From Vicinamibacteria bacterium (lineage in GTDB: Bacteria > Acidobacteriota > Vicinamibacteria > Marinacidobacterales > Marinacidobacteraceae): DNA of 64,000 bases. The DNA lies in contig CBDATA010000001.1 in assembly GCA_965199715.1 (NCBI GenBank), positions 224,001-288,000 on the forward strand, in the 5' to 3' direction. Positions 61,960-64,000 of this stretch are shown piece after piece; position 1 is the stretch's first letter, and every line of letters begins with the position of its first letter. The position numbers were made by a program, and so were the translations under genes. Below the pieces are notes generated by a model. It searched no databases. It had not been told where the DNA came from and worked only from the letters and a program-made list of their open reading frames with translations.

Positions 61960-62847
61960 CTACGGATTGCGGACGACCCGGATGCTCACGTGGTCGCTGC
62001 GGTACACCGGCGGATCGGCGAGGAAGCGGTACGAGCAGGTGACCCGCTCGGGCGACCCGTTCCAGCCCCCGCCCCGCAGCACCCGCTCGTGGCCGCTGGA
62101 CGGCCCCTGGGGATCGACGACCGGAGACTCGGGCCGGCGGACCTGCTGCGCGTACCAGTCGGCGCTCGCGTAGTCCTGGACCCACTCCCAGTTGTTCCCG
62201 GACATGTCGTGGAGGCCGAACGGGTTGGCCGGGTAGCGGTCCACCGGCGTGATGAGCGTGTGCTCGTCCCGGGGCCAGGGCTCGCCGGCGGCGCGCCACG
62301 TCGCCGAGCTGTTCAGCATCGTCGGGTCGAACGCGTCGCCCCACCAGTACCGAGTCCGCGTTCCGCCCCGGCAGGCGTACTCCCACTCGGCCTCGGTGGG
62401 AAGCCGGTACGCCCTGCCCGACTTCGCGCTCAGCCATCGGGTATAGGCGACCGCGTCGTTCCAGCTCACCTGGACGACCGGGTAGCGCTCCGGCTCGGCG
62501 ACTTCGGAACCCGGGCCGTGCGGCTCGCGCCACGTGTACCCCGGGTGGTAGCTGAAGCTCCCGCCGACGAGAATCCGCCCGGTCCCGAAGGTCTCGGCCT
62601 CGGTCTCGTAGCCCGTGTCGGCGACGAACGCGGCGAATTCGGAATGGGTGGTCTCGTACTTGCCCATCCAGAAGTCGCCGACCTCGACCGCATGGAGCGG
62701 CTTTTCCTGCGCCGGACCGGCCTGCGAGCCCATGAAGAAGAGCCCGCCCTCGATCCGGACCATCTCCGGCTCGACGAAGTCGGTCTGGGCCATGGCGGGG
62801 CCGGCGGCGAGCAAGAGGGCGGACAGGGCTCGGATCACGCGACTCAT
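61960..62847 (-). CDS. Secreted formylglycine-generating-enzyme (SUMF1) family protein
   Basis: FFMGS, PVVQVSWNDA, RLPTEAEWEYACRGG, NPFGLHDMSGNNWEW and RGGGW motifs. Confidence 0.9.
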   Translation of the reverse strand: MSRVIRALSALLLAAGPAMAQTDFVEPEMVRIEGGLFFMGSQAGPAQEKPLHAVEVGDFWMGKYETTHSEFAAFVADTGYETEAETFGTGRILVGGSFSYHPGYTWREPHGPGSEVAEPERYPVVQVSWNDAVAYTRWLSAKSGRAYRLPTEAEWEYACRGGTRTRYWWGDAFDPTMLNSSATWRAAGEPWPRDEHTLITPVDRYPANPFGLHDMSGNNWEWVQDYASADWYAQQVRRPESPVVDPQGPSSGHERVLRGGGWNGSPERVTCSYRFLADPPVYRSDHVSIRVVRNP

Positions 62848-62862
62848 CGGGAAGCCTGCGGT

Positions 62863-64000
62863 TCAGTAGCCGACCGCGTAGGCCGCGCGCCTCGGGTCGG
62901 CGCCGGCGGCCATCGTGCCGGCGGCGAGGTTGACGAGGACGCCGTTGTTGCTGCCGAGGCCGTAGCCCGCGGTCAGCTCGGCGCGGTGCCCGAACGCCTC
63001 GAGCGCCTCGACCGTGCCGCTGGCCATCCGGTTCTCGAGCCGGATCAGGATGTCCGCGCCCGGCGTGTAGAAGTTGGGATCGGGGAAGAGGCTCAGCCGC
63101 GGCGCCGCGACCGCGGCCTGGATGCCCATGCCGAAGTCGAGCACGTTGAGGAGCACCTGGAACTGGGTCTGGCCGATCGTCTCGCCGCCGGGCGTGCCCA
63201 CGGCGAGCAGGAAGCGCCCGTCCTTCAGGACCACGATCGGCGAGTTGTTCAGGATCGGAACCTGGCCGCCGCGGGCGTAGTTGCGGTGCGCCGGGTCGGG
63301 GGCGGTCGAGCCGATCCGGGTGCCGTTGTTGAACGTGAGGCCGGTGCCTCCCACGACCACCGCGGTTCCGAACATGCCGCCGTGCGTCGGGGTGCACGCG
63401 AGCGCGTTGCCCGCGGCGTCCACGATCGAGAAGCTCGTCGTGCTGCCGGCGAACGACGCGACCGGGTGCGCCTCGGGCGCGAGCGGGGCGTCCGTCGCCG
63501 CGAAGCCGAGGGGCTCGCCGGCGTCCGGGTACCCGCCGGCGCTTCCGGACGCGATGAGCGTCCGCCGGGACGCGGCGTAGTCGTCCGAAACCATCCCCGC
63601 GACCGGCACGTCGAACTTGGTCGGGTCGGCGACGTAGCGGTAGACGTCGGCCTTCGCGACCTTGATCGCCTCGACGATCAGGTGGAGCGCTTCGGGCGAG
63701 TTGTGACCGAGCGCGGCGAGGTCGAACCCCTCGACGAGCTTCAGCTGCATGAGCACTTCGAGCCCGCCGCGCGAGGTCGGGGGGCTGGTGAACACGTCGT
63801 AGCCGCGGTAGTTCGCGTGGACCGCGTCGGACCAGCGCGGCTCGTACGCCGCGAAGTCGTCCATCGTGAAGGCGCCGCCGTTGTCGGCGTAGAAGGCGGC
63901 CATCTCCTCGGCGACGTCGCCCCGGTAGAAGCGGTCGAAGGCGGCGCGGAGCGCTTCCTCGCGGCTCTTGCCCTCGCGCCGCGCGGCGGTCTCCGCTTCG
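62863..64000 (-). CDS. ggt: Gamma-glutamyltransferase family protein (5' end outside window)
   Basis: Ntn nucleophile STTSFSIVD, GTPGG and GADPRR motifs. Confidence 0.9.
   Translation of the reverse strand, partial: EAETAARREGKSREEALRAAFDRFYRGDVAEEMAAFYADNGGAFTMDDFAAYEPRWSDAVHANYRGYDVFTSPPTSRGGLEVLMQLKLVEGFDLAALGHNSPEALHLIVEAIKVAKADVYRYVADPTKFDVPVAGMVSDDYAASRRTLIASGSAGGYPDAGEPLGFAATDAPLAPEAHPVASFAGSTTSFSIVDAAGNALACTPTHGGMFGTAVVVGGTGLTFNNGTRIGSTAPDPAHRNYARGGQVPILNNSPIVVLKDGRFLLAVGTPGGETIGQTQFQVLLNVLDFGMGIQAAVAAPRLSLFPDPNFYTPGADILIRLENRMASGTVEALEAFGHRAELTAGYGLGSNNGVLVNLAAGTMAAGADPRRAAYAVGY

Noticed and set aside
60293-63397. 1034-aa ORF that looks like a giant fusion ending in a substrate-binding domain
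   Set aside because: Only the last 270 aa or so are real; the rest is off-frame read-through of ggt, FGE and the permease

Overview
This is a very GC-rich (roughly 70% or more by eye), densely packed bacterial chromosome segment made mostly of housekeeping genes. It is probably from Acidobacteriota (inferred from PpiD, MreB and periplasmic-adaptor signatures; not verified). In order it carries: partial gatA; tRNA-Val(GAC)-thrS-infC-rpmI-rplT-zapB-like-zapA-thiL; an orphan GspE/PilB ATPase; a Na/Pi symporter; DegP; an outer-membrane beta-barrel; mreBCD-mrdA-rodA-rng-rsbW-like-suhB; ppiD-STAS-moeA-moaC-larE-MBL hydrolase; tatA; a divergent cyclodeaminase/racemase pair; nnr-tsaE-sulfatase-like-TatT/DctP/DctQM-adaptor; etfBA; fumC; GH63 and GH2 glycosidases; DUF885-like/FAH/DUF819; a degenerate desulfurase-like gene facing ygfZ; a CarD-like gene; a broken PD-(D/E)XK-like gene; xseAB-ispA-nadK; and ggt-FGE-polar amino-acid ABC. 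I saw no CRISPR array, IS element, integrase or prophage. The most notable observations are a tandem-duplicated single-chain XseB, a stand-alone LarE between Moco genes and a Zn-ribbon RNase Z-like gene, two apparent pseudo-enzymes, a secreted FAH-family protein, an AUC-initiated IF3, leaderless and bidirectional promoters, a GspE ORF with no stop that runs antisense across a whole gene, and several homopolymer frameshifts that may be sequencing errors. All family calls come from recognising motifs by eye, not from database searches.
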